A stretch of 64,000 bases of DNA. Source: a virus (taxonomy: Duplodnaviria; Caudoviricetes). The notes beneath the pieces were generated by a model. That model saw only the letters and a list, made by a program, of their open reading frames with translations, did not search any database and was not told the DNA's origin. Location: the IMG/VR virus record IMGVR_UViG_3300014031_000001, positions 54,653-118,652 of that record, one strand, 5' to 3'. Both the position numbers and the translations under genes were made by a program. Below, one piece after another: positions 44,455 through 52,887 of the stretch (within the stretch, counting starts at the first letter, position 1; every line of letters starts with the position of its first letter).

Positions 44455-47400
44455 CAGCTGGCCCCGGTCATGGGCCGCGCGCCGACCATCTCCATGCGCT
44501 GGGCGCCGACGCGCCCCTGCGGCATGGCGTCCATGTTGGGGGCCGTACTGACGCCGCCGCTGCCCCCCATCTCGGCCATCTTCATCTTATAGAGCCGCTC
44601 GAGCTGCTGGCCGACGTCGGGCATCTTCACCTTGATGTCGGTGATCGTGAGGTTGGCCTGGCCAGGGTCCATCTTGATCAGCTGGCTCGTCCAGCGCTCA
44701 AGCCGCTGCTGGACCATGTCGGGCTGGGGCGGGCCCTTGCCGCCCGCCGCGGGGGCGCCAGGGGCGGGCGGGCCGCCGGCGCCGCCCTGGGCGGCCTGCT
44801 GGACGTTGCCAGGCATCCCGCCCGGGTCCTGGCCTTGGCCGCCACCGGGGGCGCCGGCGTCAGGGGTCGCGCCTGGGAGGGGCTGGCCGTCAGGGCCGAC
44901 CTGGCCCTGCTGGAACATCTCGGGGGTCGCCTCGCCCTTGGCGATCATCTGCTGCATCTTCTTTTGGGCGGAGATCTGCGCCTTCTGCGCGAGCTCCTGG
45001 ACTTTCGACTGGTAGTTGAACTGCACGAGCGAGGCCTCGCCCTGGGCCTTGGCGGCGCCCTTCGTCTGCAGGTCGGAGATGTAGTTTTGGATGAAGAGCT
45101 CTTCGATCTTTTTCTTGGTCTCCTGCTCGTAGTCGAAGCCAAGCTCCGTGAGCATCGTGTGGTCCGAGAGCTTGCCGGAGGCGTTGAGGCCGACGACCTG
45201 CTGGTTCCTCTGGACGTCGTCGGCCATCCGGAAGTCGGCAAAGCGCACGCGCTTCACGTCAGGGATGTCGAGCCACACGCGGATCTTTTCTTTGATCCAA
45301 AAGACCAGGTCTAGAAGCTGGCTGCGGTTTTGGATGAAGTCGTTTTCCAAGGTACGCAGCGAGATCGAGGACCCCGTGTTGTGCGAGATGATCCCGTTGG
45401 CAACGTAGCTGTGGGTGTTGAAGACCGTGAGGTCGCACATCTCGACTTCTTCGTCAGAGAAGGTGACCTCCTCGATCTGATCCCACCAGTGGTCGGCCTT
45501 CTTGGCCTCCGCGACCCGGTCGTAAAGTACAGGGTCTAGGGCCTTGACGCCCTCCCAGTTCACAAGCTCGTAGTTGTTGTCTGTCAGCTCCCAGGTCGTC
45601 TGACCGAGGGCAGCGCGCTTTTGCGTGCCGTAGTTTTCTAGGAAGGCTTCCAGCGCGGGCTTCGTGATGAGCCAGCTCGGGTAGCGCCCGTCGTTTCGAG
45701 CTTCCTTCTCGGCGACGAGCTTGCCCTTACGGATGTAGAGGATGACGCTAGAGACGTCTCGGTCCAGGATGTCGGCGACTTCCGCAGTCGTGTAGAGGTC
45801 TTTTTGCAGGTCGTGCTGGCGATGCTCTTTGATCCATGCGCCGAAGCCGTTTTGCAGCTTGCGTAGGGCCTTCAGGTTGTCCATGACGTAGGGGATCTTG
45901 TTGGCTTCGCAGCGAAAGCCTTGACGATCCGCGACTTCACGGTAAAGCCGGTTTTTACGCTCTGTGGTAAAGCCGATCTCCTTCATGAAGAGGCTGACGT
46001 ACTCGGAGCGAATTTGCAGCGAGTGGGTGTTGTTGTTCAGGCCGCTGAAGCTTTCAGCGCACTCGCCGGTGTAGGGCGGGTAGCGCGTCGACAAGATGCC
46101 GAAGTTCATCAAGAGGAGCTGGACTTCCTCGATCAGCCGCTCGGACACCGAGTTGTAGTGGATCGTCTGTTTTTTATCGCGGTCGACGATGCACCCGTCA
46201 CCGCTAAAAAGCGCGCTGAGGAACGCGGCGACGGACGCCTTGGTGCCTTCGCGGATGAGGCGCGGCACGCGCTTGGTATGGGAGTAGTGCTGCATGTCGA
46301 GCGTCTTGAGCTCAGCCGTGACGGCGGAGTCGCGGCACTGGACCTGCGCGTAGGGGTGGTTGCCGCCGCTCTCCGAGAAGTCGCGCCACTGCAGCGCGGG
46401 CCGCTTGCCGAAAGTCCCCTCAAAGCAGTCGAGGTAGTCCTCAAGAATTGCCTTGTCGGTGTTACCGAAGTCGGTACATTTTTCAGTGACCGAGCCCTCT
46501 GCCACGAGGTAGCCGAGCAGTCGGCACAGATTCGGGTTTACAGCCCGGTCGCCCCAGAGGCCAGTCTGCTTTTTGAGCGCGACGTACTCGCCCGGCTTGA
46601 AGTTCTGCAGCGCCTTCCAGCCCATTTCAACTTCGCCGTCGATGGTCCAAACTTTGTGGACCGGTGAGCCGGTCAGCGTCAGACCCGAGCGCATCTTGAT
46701 CTTGACCTGCTTGCGCTTCGCGGTGTGGTGCGTCAGCGCAACACGCTCCACGCCATCCTTCGTCAAGACAGAAAAATCAGCCTCCGCGATTCCGGGCTCT
46801 TCCGGGCAGAGTTCCTCGAGGCGAAGAAGGCCCTTCGATGTCATGCAAAGCGTTGATTTTATTGAGCAAAAGTTCAAACCGCCGAAAAGAAATTCTTGTG
46901 GAATTCCCATTCCCCCAACAATCGTTTGCGTCAGGTAGTTGAGCTCGGGGGACAGCAGCAGCGCCTTGCCGTCACCGCCGATGCGGCCAAAGCCCACCGG
47001 AATCGGGATGACCGCCTTGAAGTTGGGGTCGGCCCGGTGGCGCGTGATGATGTCTTCGATCTTGACCTTCCAGTCGGCCAGGTCGGTGTGGATGTAGGGG
47101 TCCTGCTGCGCGTTCGGCATCGGGTAGATGATGTCGAAGGGGACGATGTGCTCAAGTGCGATCGCCTCCTGGGCGCGGCGCAGCGTGTAGAAGTAGAACA
47201 TGTCTTTTAGCACGTGGATGATCGTCGGCTTGCCCCAGCCCTGGTCTTGCTCGGCCAAGGTCGGGTTCTTCAGGTGCTTGATCGCGCGGTCGTCGAGGCG
47301 AATGAGTCGGCGCTTTTTGAGCGCATCCAGGACGACCAGCGGGATGTCTTCCAGCACGTCCTTGTCGCCGCGCTGGATCATCGAGCGCAGCTTACCAGGC

Positions 47401-48023
47401 ACCGAGTACATGTAAATGTAGCGGCCCGTGTAGTCATTGAACTTGATGTGGATGTTCTCGGGGTTCCAGCGAATCAAGCGGATCGACTTGCGGTCTTTGT
47501 AGGGCACGTCTTTGACGTCGACGGCGCCGCGCTTATTGCACTCGGCGCAGACGCCCGTGAAATGGTAGTCGCCGCCGTTGAAGCTCCAGTCCCACTGACG
47601 AATAGGCTGGCGGTACTTGCAGCCCTGGCAGATCAGAAAGCGCGTGAACGGCAGGTGGATCGAGACGAAGGCGTTGCCGTAGACGTGGTAGTCGAGGTTC
47701 ACCTCCATCAAGCGGTCTTTGAGCTTGAGCTCGTCGACCAAGATGGTGCGCCAGACGTCGCGCACGCTGTCGAGCTCGTCTTCGAAGATGAGGTCGGTGA
47801 TCGGGTAGCGACTGATCTTCTTGATCGAGCTGCCAATGAGTGGGCTGTTGTAGAAGTAGAACGTGCACCAGCGGAAGAGCTCTTTGATCGTCGGCGGCAT
47901 GTACTGCTGCGACAAATCGAAGAACTGGTTGGGATAGCGCGTCCCGCGGCCGCCGCCCCCAATCGAGATGTTGGGGTTGACGCTGCGTGTCTGCGACGAG
48001 CCGCTGATGTCAAGGTTGGTCAT
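44454..48023 (-). CDS. Portal protein with intein, Zn-ribbon insertion and Gln/Gly/Pro-rich tail
   Basis: 'EVNLDYHVYGNAFV', 'IRWNPENI', 'HLK...GWGKPTI', 'GMGIPQEFLFGG' are portal-like. CQGC...CAEC insertion. Confidence 0.75.
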   Translation of the reverse strand: MTNLDISGSSQTRSVNPNISIGGGGRGTRYPNQFFDLSQQYMPPTIKELFRWCTFYFYNSPLIGSSIKKISRYPITDLIFEDELDSVRDVWRTILVDELKLKDRLMEVNLDYHVYGNAFVSIHLPFTRFLICQGCKYRQPIRQWDWSFNGGDYHFTGVCAECNKRGAVDVKDVPYKDRKSIRLIRWNPENIHIKFNDYTGRYIYMYSVPGKLRSMIQRGDKDVLEDIPLVVLDALKKRRLIRLDDRAIKHLKNPTLAEQDQGWGKPTIIHVLKDMFYFYTLRRAQEAIALEHIVPFDIIYPMPNAQQDPYIHTDLADWKVKIEDIITRHRADPNFKAVIPIPVGFGRIGGDGKALLLSPELNYLTQTIVGGMGIPQEFLFGGLNFCSIKSTLCMTSKGLLRLEELCPEEPGIAEADFSVLTKDGVERVALTHHTAKRKQVKIKMRSGLTLTGSPVHKVWTIDGEVEMGWKALQNFKPGEYVALKKQTGLWGDRAVNPNLCRLLGYLVAEGSVTEKCTDFGNTDKAILEDYLDCFEGTFGKRPALQWRDFSESGGNHPYAQVQCRDSAVTAELKTLDMQHYSHTKRVPRLIREGTKASVAAFLSALFSGDGCIVDRDKKQTIHYNSVSERLIEEVQLLLMNFGILSTRYPPYTGECAESFSGLNNNTHSLQIRSEYVSLFMKEIGFTTERKNRLYREVADRQGFRCEANKIPYVMDNLKALRKLQNGFGAWIKEHRQHDLQKDLYTTAEVADILDRDVSSVILYIRKGKLVAEKEARNDGRYPSWLITKPALEAFLENYGTQKRAALGQTTWELTDNNYELVNWEGVKALDPVLYDRVAEAKKADHWWDQIEEVTFSDEEVEMCDLTVFNTHSYVANGIISHNTGSSISLRTLENDFIQNRSQLLDLVFWIKEKIRVWLDIPDVKRVRFADFRMADDVQRNQQVVGLNASGKLSDHTMLTELGFDYEQETKKKIEELFIQNYISDLQTKGAAKAQGEASLVQFNYQSKVQELAQKAQISAQKKMQQMIAKGEATPEMFQQGQVGPDGQPLPGATPDAGAPGGGQGQDPGGMPGNVQQAAQGGAGGPPAPGAPAAGGKGPPQPDMVQQRLERWTSQLIKMDPGQANLTITDIKVKMPDVGQQLERLYKMKMAEMGGSGGVSTAPNMDAMPQGRVGAQRMEMVGARPMTGAS
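45378..46868 (-). mobile_element. Intein (497 aa) with LAGLIDADG endonuclease and an extra HTH domain
   Basis: Starts CSIKSTLC, SPVHKV block B, LLGYLVAEG and LSALFSGDG, ends IISHN, +1 Thr. Confidence 0.9.
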
Positions 48024-48859
48024 TTAAAGTCCACGGGCAGTCGGTAGTCGGTGCTGGTCCCGAGATCGGTGATGAAGACGTACGCCTGGGCCGGCACCTC
48101 GACGTTGGCGCTGTAGCTAATCGCCGGGATCTCAAGAAGCACCTGCGCGCCTTGAAGCAGCGCAATGCTGAAGCGGCCGTCTTCTCTCGTTCGGGTCGCG
48201 ATGGGCGTCAACGTAACATGGGCCCCCGTGGCTGGCGACAACGGCGCGTTCTGGAGCGTGGCGGTCACCTCGCAGTCCGGCACCCGCACGCCCTGGAGGT
48301 CTGCGACGATGCCTTCGATGACGCAGATTTTTCCGGTGGTCGACGTCGCCTGCAGGTAAGCCGTCTTGTAGCTCTCTTCGCCTAGCGCGCCCACCGTGGT
48401 GACGGCGTACCAGTCTTCGGCCACGCCGTCGGGGTCGTCGAAGGTGACGACGAGCGCGGGGTCGTCGAGGGCGTCGACTTCGACAAGGAGTGCGTCTTCA
48501 CTTTTTTCGGTGATGACACGGGCGGTGAGCCCAAGCAGGGAAAGCGCCGTGCCGCCTAGGATCTCGACCTTGCCCGGGGCCTCGCGCAGCACCGAGCGCA
48601 GAACGAACGTCGTCGCGTCGACAGTCGCGTTATAGGCGCGACCTCCGACGAGCACGGCGTTGATCTGGCTCACGGCGTCGTCGGGACCGGAGTCAAAGGT
48701 GACGGTCTGGGAGGCGGTGTCGTTCAGCCGCAGGGTGAGCGTTCTGCCGGCAAGGGTCGCGGGCGCCACCAGGGGCGCCACAAAGCCGACGAGGCTTCGG
48801 TACACCCGGTACGTACGGACGGCCGCCTGTGGGAAGGGCGCCCACCTCAGGAAGTTCAT
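48020..48859 (-). CDS. Virion structural protein with Ig-like/beta-sandwich domains
   Basis: FN3-like 'YRVYRS...WYAVTTV' and a C-terminal 'TREDGRFSIAL' domain shared with ORF 58691. Confidence 0.5.
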   Translation of the reverse strand: MNFLRWAPFPQAAVRTYRVYRSLVGFVAPLVAPATLAGRTLTLRLNDTASQTVTFDSGPDDAVSQINAVLVGGRAYNATVDATTFVLRSVLREAPGKVEILGGTALSLLGLTARVITEKSEDALLVEVDALDDPALVVTFDDPDGVAEDWYAVTTVGALGEESYKTAYLQATSTTGKICVIEGIVADLQGVRVPDCEVTATLQNAPLSPATGAHVTLTPIATRTREDGRFSIALLQGAQVLLEIPAISYSANVEVPAQAYVFITDLGTSTDYRLPVDFK

Positions 48860-48951
48860 CCCGTTCTCCGGTAAGGGTCAGAAATGGCTGCGGATCATGG
48901 GAAAAGGATAGCACGGAAGAAATGACCCCTCCAGCCATAAGGCCGGCGGGG

Positions 48952-49173
48952 CTAGCCGTCCGCGTCGCCGATGACCGTCAGAAAGAGCAGCAGGTCGCGG
49001 GGCGCTTCGACAAAAAAGCCGAGCGGCGCCGGCACGAGACAGCCTTGGACGTCGAAGCCGATGGCGGGTGCCGAGACGTACATGACGTCGAAAGATTCAA
49101 GCTGGGCCACGACTTTTCCGCGGCCGTCGGGCAGGAAGAGGGGGATGGAGCCGCTGGAGAAAATGCGCATCAA
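48952..49173 (-). CDS. Hypothetical small protein
   Basis: 73 aa, coupled to the upstream ORF. Confidence 0.4.
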   Translation of the reverse strand: MMRIFSSGSIPLFLPDGRGKVVAQLESFDVMYVSAPAIGFDVQGCLVPAPLGFFVEAPRDLLLFLTVIGDADG

Positions 49174-49427
49174 AACACCGTCTTGGCAACACCGGTATTG
49201 CGGTCAAGGAGGGTGCGAGCGCGGCGCAGGTTGGGCGTCATGTCGGGGAAGAGCTCGGCGGCGGCGACGTTCATCGCCGCCAGCACGGCGCGCAGCCGCA
49301 GCGTCTCGATCTTCAGCTGGCCGAGCTCCGTGCCGCCGGCGTCTTTGAACGTGACGGTGGTGAGCCCCGAGCTTGCGTCGGAATCGTAGACTAGTTGGAC
49401 TGTGTTTTGACCCGACAGGTCGATCAT
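49170..49427 (-). CDS. Hypothetical small protein
   Basis: ATG 1 nt after the upstream stop; 85 aa. Confidence 0.5.
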   Translation of the reverse strand: MIDLSGQNTVQLVYDSDASSGLTTVTFKDAGGTELGQLKIETLRLRAVLAAMNVAAAELFPDMTPNLRRARTLLDRNTGVAKTVF

Positions 49428-49428
49428 T

Positions 49429-50040
49429 TTAGCCCACCGTGAAGAAGCTCTGGAACGATCTGCGGTCGGCGCCACCTACGCTGATCGTGATCATAATGTA
49501 GTAGTTTTTGTCGGCCAGCCCCGTAAAGGTGGCGTTCGTGAAGAGGTAGACCCCGTCCGAGTTGGGCGCCGCCTGCGTCGCCTGATAGATCTCGTGCCCC
49601 GTGCCGTCCTTCACCGAGACGCGGCAGTTGCTCGTGTCGGTGATGACAAGGCCGTTGTGCTCGCCCCAGGCGATGATCTCTTGCGCCTTCGTCTGCTGGT
49701 TGAAGGCCGTCGAGGCCTTGTTCTCGTAGCGCTCGTGGCCGCCGGGCGAGAAGAGAAAGAGCTCGGAGGCGTGCGGGTAGTAGGCGTCTTCTTCGGCGAA
49801 GGTCGGGTCGGTGTAGACGACAAAGGTGGCGTGCACCGTACCGGGCTGCGACTGCGTGAAGGTCGCAAGGTAGGCGCCGCGCCCGGCGTGGGACAGTGTG
49901 ACCTCGCCGAGGTCGCTCTGGTCTTCCACCCGTATAAGGTACGCCTTCACGCCCTTGGTGCCGTCACTCTCGAAAAGAGTGACCTCCAAAGGCGCGCGGC
50001 TTCCGGTGTCAACGTCGATCGCCATGCACGCCCGACTCAT
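49429..50040 (-). CDS. Beta-rich structural protein
   Basis: 203 aa with two Ig-like repeats. Confidence 0.5.
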   Translation of the reverse strand: MSRACMAIDVDTGSRAPLEVTLFESDGTKGVKAYLIRVEDQSDLGEVTLSHAGRGAYLATFTQSQPGTVHATFVVYTDPTFAEEDAYYPHASELFLFSPGGHERYENKASTAFNQQTKAQEIIAWGEHNGLVITDTSNCRVSVKDGTGHEIYQATQAAPNSDGVYLFTNATFTGLADKNYYIMITISVGGADRRSFQSFFTVG

Positions 50041-50148
50041 GCTCTATTTTATTGGCATTTCAGTGGCTTATAAATTAACACGCTTCCGGCTGGCCTCTAA
50101 CCCGAAAAAAGGGACCGCCTGAAGTTTCCGCTTTGAGCAGCAATTTCA

Positions 50149-50805
50149 TCAAGCGACCTGGACTTCCAGCTGCGTCGTACCGTTGAAGGCGAGGTAGGGA
50201 ATGCCGCCAGCGTCGCGGCCGGCCGACATCTGGCGGCTGTCCCAGCCGAAAAGCCACTTGTCCTTAGCCTTTTCGAAGTCGTCACCGACGACCGTGTCGA
50301 CGCCCATCGTCTGGCGCAGCTTCCACGGCGACGCGCGCCCCGTGGCTTCCTGGTAGGCGGCGTACGTCAGCTCGAAGCAGTAGAAGGCTTTGTTGTCCGA
50401 CCGGAAGTCGTAGTCGTAGGGCGTGCCGAGCTGGCGCGTCGCCCAGGCTACGGCCGCCAGGCGCTGCGCCGTCGTTGCAAAAAGCGGCGAGCAGACCGAC
50501 ATGACATCCTTGGTCATCATAAAGCTTACGAGGTCCGTCTTGACGACGCCGGCGCCGACCGCTTCGATTACCCAACCGTCGCCGACGTAGATGGCCCCGT
50601 GCGACCAAAAGCCCGGAATCAGCATCGTCGTCATCTCGCCCTCGGTGCGCGTCAAGAGCACCTGGCCGGGGACGAGCTTCGTCTTCAGGTCCATGTAGTG
50701 CATGCCCGAGATCCCCTTGTGGGAAAAGGGCGCGTGCACCTTACCGAGGTCTTTGGTCACCGGCATGGCCCAGGTCAGAAGCTTGCGGCGGATAACGTCG
50801 AGCAT
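50149..50805 (-). CDS. Permuted papain-like (YiiX/YaeF, C92) amidase
   Basis: His precedes Cys: 'FWSHGAIY...VIEA', 'GTPYDYDF...FYCFEL'. Confidence 0.85.
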   Translation of the reverse strand: MLDVIRRKLLTWAMPVTKDLGKVHAPFSHKGISGMHYMDLKTKLVPGQVLLTRTEGEMTTMLIPGFWSHGAIYVGDGWVIEAVGAGVVKTDLVSFMMTKDVMSVCSPLFATTAQRLAAVAWATRQLGTPYDYDFRSDNKAFYCFELTYAAYQEATGRASPWKLRQTMGVDTVVGDDFEKAKDKWLFGWDSRQMSAGRDAGGIPYLAFNGTTQLEVQVA

Positions 50806-50831
50806 GGGGGCTCTCTCCGTAAGGCGAGGGT

Positions 50832-51158
50832 TTAGACTTCTGGCAGATCGACCGTCTGGCCGACGAGCTCGTGGGTACAGTCGCCGAGAAACTGGATCTT
50901 GCCGTCGGTCACGAACGAGTGGCAGACGATATCTAGACCGGGGTATTTCCCGTCGGGGCCGACCTTGGCAGTCCCGTCGGAGACACTCTTAAAGTCGTCG
51001 TAGCGAAACCATTTTACGAGCATCGACGCGCGGAAGGTGGGCTTCGCGAAGTCGCCGTTGAAGGTCCAGCGGCTGTCGAACTTGTGGGCGAACTTGCAGG
51101 CGGGGCAGTGGATGAGGTAGGACCCAGGTTCGTCTGTGTAGCCCATCACGATCGCCAC
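50832..51158 (-). CDS. DUF6527-like Cys/His metal-binding protein
   Basis: 'HCPACKFAH...WTFNGD..KPTF..S...CHSFVTDGKIQFLGDCTH'. Confidence 0.65.
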   Translation of the reverse strand: MAIVMGYTDEPGSYLIHCPACKFAHKFDSRWTFNGDFAKPTFRASMLVKWFRYDDFKSVSDGTAKVGPDGKYPGLDIVCHSFVTDGKIQFLGDCTHELVGQTVDLPEV

Positions 51159-51179
51159 GGGGACCCCCTTAGGTGAAAT

Positions 51180-51332
51180 CTAGACGCCGAGCCCGGCGTG
51201 CAAGGCGTCGATCGCTTTTTTCAGATCGTCTTCTGTCTGCGGCGGAGCGATGAGCTTTTGCCCGTGCGGGAAGGTCAGCTTCCAGCCGCCCGAGCGCGGA
51301 TCCAGTTCGTAGGTGAAGCCTTGGTACTGCAT
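51180..51332 (-). CDS. Small hypothetical protein (50 aa)
   Basis: MQYQGFTYELDPRSGGWKLTFPHG...; fills the gap between flanking genes. Confidence 0.45.
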   Translation of the reverse strand: MQYQGFTYELDPRSGGWKLTFPHGQKLIAPPQTEDDLKKAIDALHAGLGV

Positions 51333-51334
51333 CG

Positions 51335-52201
51335 TTAGGCCCTGTACTGCTTATAGATAATCTGCACGCCGATCTTAGCCGCGAGGGCGTGCTTGATCAG
51401 CATTCGAACCTTCGAGGTGTGGTAGGTGGCGCTGTAAACCATGCTTTTTACGCCATGGCCGTCAACGTCGAAGAGCGAGTTGTTGGCGAAGAAGGCGAGG
51501 TTCCAGCCGCCGTTGCAAAACGGCACCGAGCCGCCGAGGTTGGCCGGAATGTCTGGGGCGATGATAGTCCACATGTAGGCGTGCTCGGGCAACACCGGCA
51601 CGTTCACCATCTGGATGTAGGCGCCGAGGATGTCGTAGTCGTAGACCGGCTCCCAGTCCATCATGGTCTCGACGCAGTTGGCGTCGAGGCGAGTCTGAAA
51701 GTTCGCGTCGGTCTCGCTGTTGGCCACGTCTTGAACGAGCAGTGTGCCGCTGGCGTCGTAGAACTTTAGCGCGCCATCGCCAAGGTCATCGCCGCCAAGG
51801 ATGGTGTGGTTGTCGGACTTGCGGTTGTAGAGGCTATTGGCGACTCCGGTCCAGTAGTCGAGACTGCGCGGCTCAAAGTGCCAGCCGGTCTTGGTCGTCT
51901 TCGTGCGCACCAGAGCCGACCCGTCGGCGTCTTTTGGATCGCTGGTGGCCACGAGCAGTGCTGACGGCGGCAAGGCAGCACCGGTGTGCGCGACAACAAG
52001 GGCGTCGAGCACTGCCGTCTGGCAGGTGACCGAGGCGACCGCCGTGCCGTCGTCGGGGAGGGCATCGCGAAAAACGATGCTCAGGCTCGTGCCGGACACC
52101 GTGATGTGGTCCAAGACGATCGTGATGACGCTCTGCTGGATCTCCAGCGTCAAGCGCTCGATAGAGACCGGGGACTTGGTGTAGCTGTAGGTCGTCATCA
52201 T
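51335..52201 (-). CDS. Probable virion structural protein
   Basis: 288 aa, coupled to ORF 52198. Confidence 0.45.
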   Translation of the reverse strand: MMTTYSYTKSPVSIERLTLEIQQSVITIVLDHITVSGTSLSIVFRDALPDDGTAVASVTCQTAVLDALVVAHTGAALPPSALLVATSDPKDADGSALVRTKTTKTGWHFEPRSLDYWTGVANSLYNRKSDNHTILGGDDLGDGALKFYDASGTLLVQDVANSETDANFQTRLDANCVETMMDWEPVYDYDILGAYIQMVNVPVLPEHAYMWTIIAPDIPANLGGSVPFCNGGWNLAFFANNSLFDVDGHGVKSMVYSATYHTSKVRMLIKHALAAKIGVQIIYKQYRA

Positions 52202-52737
52202 CCGTGGAGCCTCGCGAGAACCATGGTTCGGTCGTTGATGGTAAGAGAGCCGCCGGAGATGCTGACACGCAGGTCAACCGCCTGGGTACCATTGACCGTA
52301 ATGATGTCTAACAGCTGGATGATGTCGGCGTTGTTCGACACCGCCGACTTCTTAGTACGCGATGCCCTGGCGATGATTGTGCCGGCTAAATAGATGTTGA
52401 AGCTGGCCGTCACAACGCTGCTCGAGATGTCGACGCTAAAGTTCATCAGCACGAGGTAGGTGCCACTCGGTGGCGTGTAGGTAAAGCCCGTAACCAACGT
52501 GTCCGACGCCGCACTGGTAGAGAACGGGGTGAGTGACGACACCATGAAGTTGGGGCACCCAGCACGCGTGCTGGCGGCCACCTCCTTGATGGCGTCGCCG
52601 ACCAGCACGGACGCAAGCCCGGTGCCGGCCGGGTCGAAAACAGCGTCGTTGGCCTGGAGCACGTGCTCCTGCACCTCGGCGGCGTCGCCCTCGATAAGGA
52701 CTTTCAGGCCAGGCATGGCGCCCCCAGGAGATGTCAA
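52198..52737 (-). CDS. Fibre-tip-like (C1q/BclA-C-like) beta-sandwich protein
   Basis: 'TPPSGTYLVLMNFS...VNGTQAVDLR' jelly-roll pattern. Confidence 0.45.
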   Translation of the reverse strand: MTSPGGAMPGLKVLIEGDAAEVQEHVLQANDAVFDPAGTGLASVLVGDAIKEVAASTRAGCPNFMVSSLTPFSTSAASDTLVTGFTYTPPSGTYLVLMNFSVDISSSVVTASFNIYLAGTIIARASRTKKSAVSNNADIIQLLDIITVNGTQAVDLRVSISGGSLTINDRTMVLARLHG

Positions 52738-52832
52738 AATACTTTGTCTTGGCTACATATTACCAGCGACCACGGACTCCTCCTAGACCCCCCGCAGCGT
52801 CTGGATCGACGTGGAGATAGTTCGTGAGTTGG

Positions 52833-52871
52833 AAAAAAGAGAGCCGCCCCCTCCCCGCGAGGGGGCGGCTC
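52833..52871 (-). terminator. Intrinsic terminator
   Basis: gagccgccccct...agggggcggctc with a T tract on the minus strand. Confidence 0.65.
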
Positions 52872-52887
52872 AGGACGGTACGGTGAC

